DNA of 64,000 nucleotides from Bdellovibrionales bacterium (GTDB lineage Bacteria; Bdellovibrionota; Bdellovibrionia; Bdellovibrionales; UBA1609): NCBI GenBank assembly GCA_965197855.1, contig OZ240230.1, positions 64,153 to 128,152 of the forward strand, read 5' to 3'. Shown piece by piece: positions 62,831 to 64,000 of this stretch (position 1 is its first letter; each line of letters starts with the position of its first letter). The notes under the pieces were generated by a model. It saw only the letters and a program-made list of their open reading frames with translations, ran no database searches and was not told where the DNA came from. The position numbers and the translations under genes were made by a program.

Positions 62831-64000
62831 ATGAGTGAGCATCAAACACAATTCGATCAAATAGTTAAACATGCTAAGGATTGTATTTCAGATAAAGAAC
62901 TTTTATCTAAATTAAAAAAGAGCATATCTTCTAAAAAACCTTTAATTATTAAAGCTGGTTTTGATCCCACTTATCCGGACCTGCATCTGGGGCATTTAGT
63001 ATTATTGAGAAAATTGAAAATTTTTCAAGATTTCGGGCATCAGGTTTGTTTTCTGATTGGAGATTTTACTGCACGTATAGGAGATCCCAGTGGTTTAAAC
63101 GAAACAAGACCTCGTTTAAGCGAGGAAGAAGTTCAGGAAAACACAAAAACTTATGCTGAGCAGGTGTTTAAGGTGTTAGATCCGAAAAAAACCAAAATAC
63201 TTTTTAATTCATCTTGGTGCAATAAACTCACTGCACAGAATTGGATACTGCTTTGCAGTTATTATACGGCGGCTCGTATGTTGGAAAGAGATGATTTTTC
63301 AAAAAGATTTAAACAAGGTCAGGCTATATATATCCATGAGTTTTTATATCCATTGATTCAGGGTTATGATTCTTACGCAATGAATGCGGATATAGAATTA
63401 GGGGGTACAGATCAAATTTTTAATTTGTTAATGGGCAGGGAAATTCAAAAAGCTCATCAAAAAGACTTGCAGTGTGTTTTGACTTTTCCTTTGTTGGAAG
63501 GCACAGACGGTCAAAAAAAGATGTCTAAAAGTTTTAATAATTTTATTGCTCTTCAAGATTCCCCTCAACAAATGTATGGAAAAATTATGAGCCTTTCAGA
63601 CTCTTTAATGATTAGATACTATGAGTTGTTGATGGATGAGTCAGATTTGGACTCTATTCAACAAGATCCCTTTAAATATAAAAAAAGATTAGCTTATTTG
63701 TTAGTGGAAGAGTTTCATAATATAGAACAGGCTCGTATGGCTCAAGATGAATTTGAAAGAGTATTTAGTCAAAATAAGATTCCTGAAGAGATTCAAGAGG
63801 TATCTGTTTCAGCAGAAAAGGATGTATGGATTGCTTACTTGTTAAAGAATTTGGGTATGGTGCCTTCTACAGGAGAGGCCAGAAGATTGATACAAGGTGG
63901 AGGAGTTCAGATCAATTCTGAAAAAATTTCAGACGTTAATTTAAAACTGCAATTAAGCTCTGGTAGTGAATACCTGTTACAGGTCGGAAAACGCAAGTTC
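62831..64000 (+). CDS. tyrS: Tyrosine--tRNA ligase, 390 codons; the 3' end runs off the window
   Basis: Not in the ORF track because there is no stop. The ATG at 62831 lies 2 nt after the rny stop. Motifs are the HIGH region [13 protein letters not shown] (KKMSKSF) and a C-terminal S4-like domain ([19 protein letters not shown]). The frame is open to base 64000. Confidence 0.9.
   Translation, partial: MSEHQTQFDQIVKHAKDCISDKELLSKLKKSISSKKPLIIKAGFDPTYPDLHLGHLVLLRKLKIFQDFGHQVCFLIGDFTARIGDPSGLNETRPRLSEEEVQENTKTYAEQVFKVLDPKKTKILFNSSWCNKLTAQNWILLCSYYTAARMLERDDFSKRFKQGQAIYIHEFLYPLIQGYDSYAMNADIELGGTDQIFNLLMGREIQKAHQKDLQCVLTFPLLEGTDGQKKMSKSFNNFIALQDSPQQMYGKIMSLSDSLMIRYYELLMDESDLDSIQQDPFKYKKRLAYLLVEEFHNIEQARMAQDEFERVFSQNKIPEEIQEVSVSAEKDVWIAYLLKNLGMVPSTGEARRLIQGGGVQINSEKISDVNLKLQLSSGSEYLLQVGKRKF

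Overview
AT-rich 64-kb chromosomal window from a diderm bacterium. The envelope and secretion genes are GspC/GspD, Pal/CpoB, BamB, an Omp85-family protein and TamB. RNase Y and a VKOR-DsbA fusion occur alongside them. This mix fits a delta-proteobacterial, Bdellovibrionota or Oligoflexia-like lineage, but taxonomy cannot be assigned from this sequence alone. Bases 1-24 kb and 49-64 kb are tightly packed housekeeping genes: cmk-rpsA, sppA, rhomboid, tsaD, argS, an amino-acid dehydrogenase, rpmF, zapA, 5-FCL, rny and tyrS. Bases 24-49 kb look accessory. They hold a three-gene operon of very large cysteine-rich secreted proteins with pilin-like N-termini, PBP1A, a metzincin-LRR fusion protein and a small PD-(D/E)XK plus DUF507 block. 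They also hold a beta-barrel protein, a secreted protein with a poly-acidic tract, and a long coiled-coil protein bracketed by tRNA-Ser and tRNA-Ala. Cassettes in this block are separated by GC-rich palindromic repeats (family A), and one copy sits in frame inside the LRR gene. The most unusual signal is a structured element of about 152-155 nt. It occurs once downstream of tRNA-Ala and twice in tandem downstream of tRNA-Ser. Its core is conserved, but each copy ends with an exact copy of the 3' T-stem and acceptor strand of its own neighbouring tRNA. No CRISPR array, integrase, transposase, reverse transcriptase or rRNA was seen. All functional calls rest on motifs I recognised by eye in the translations; no database search was run.
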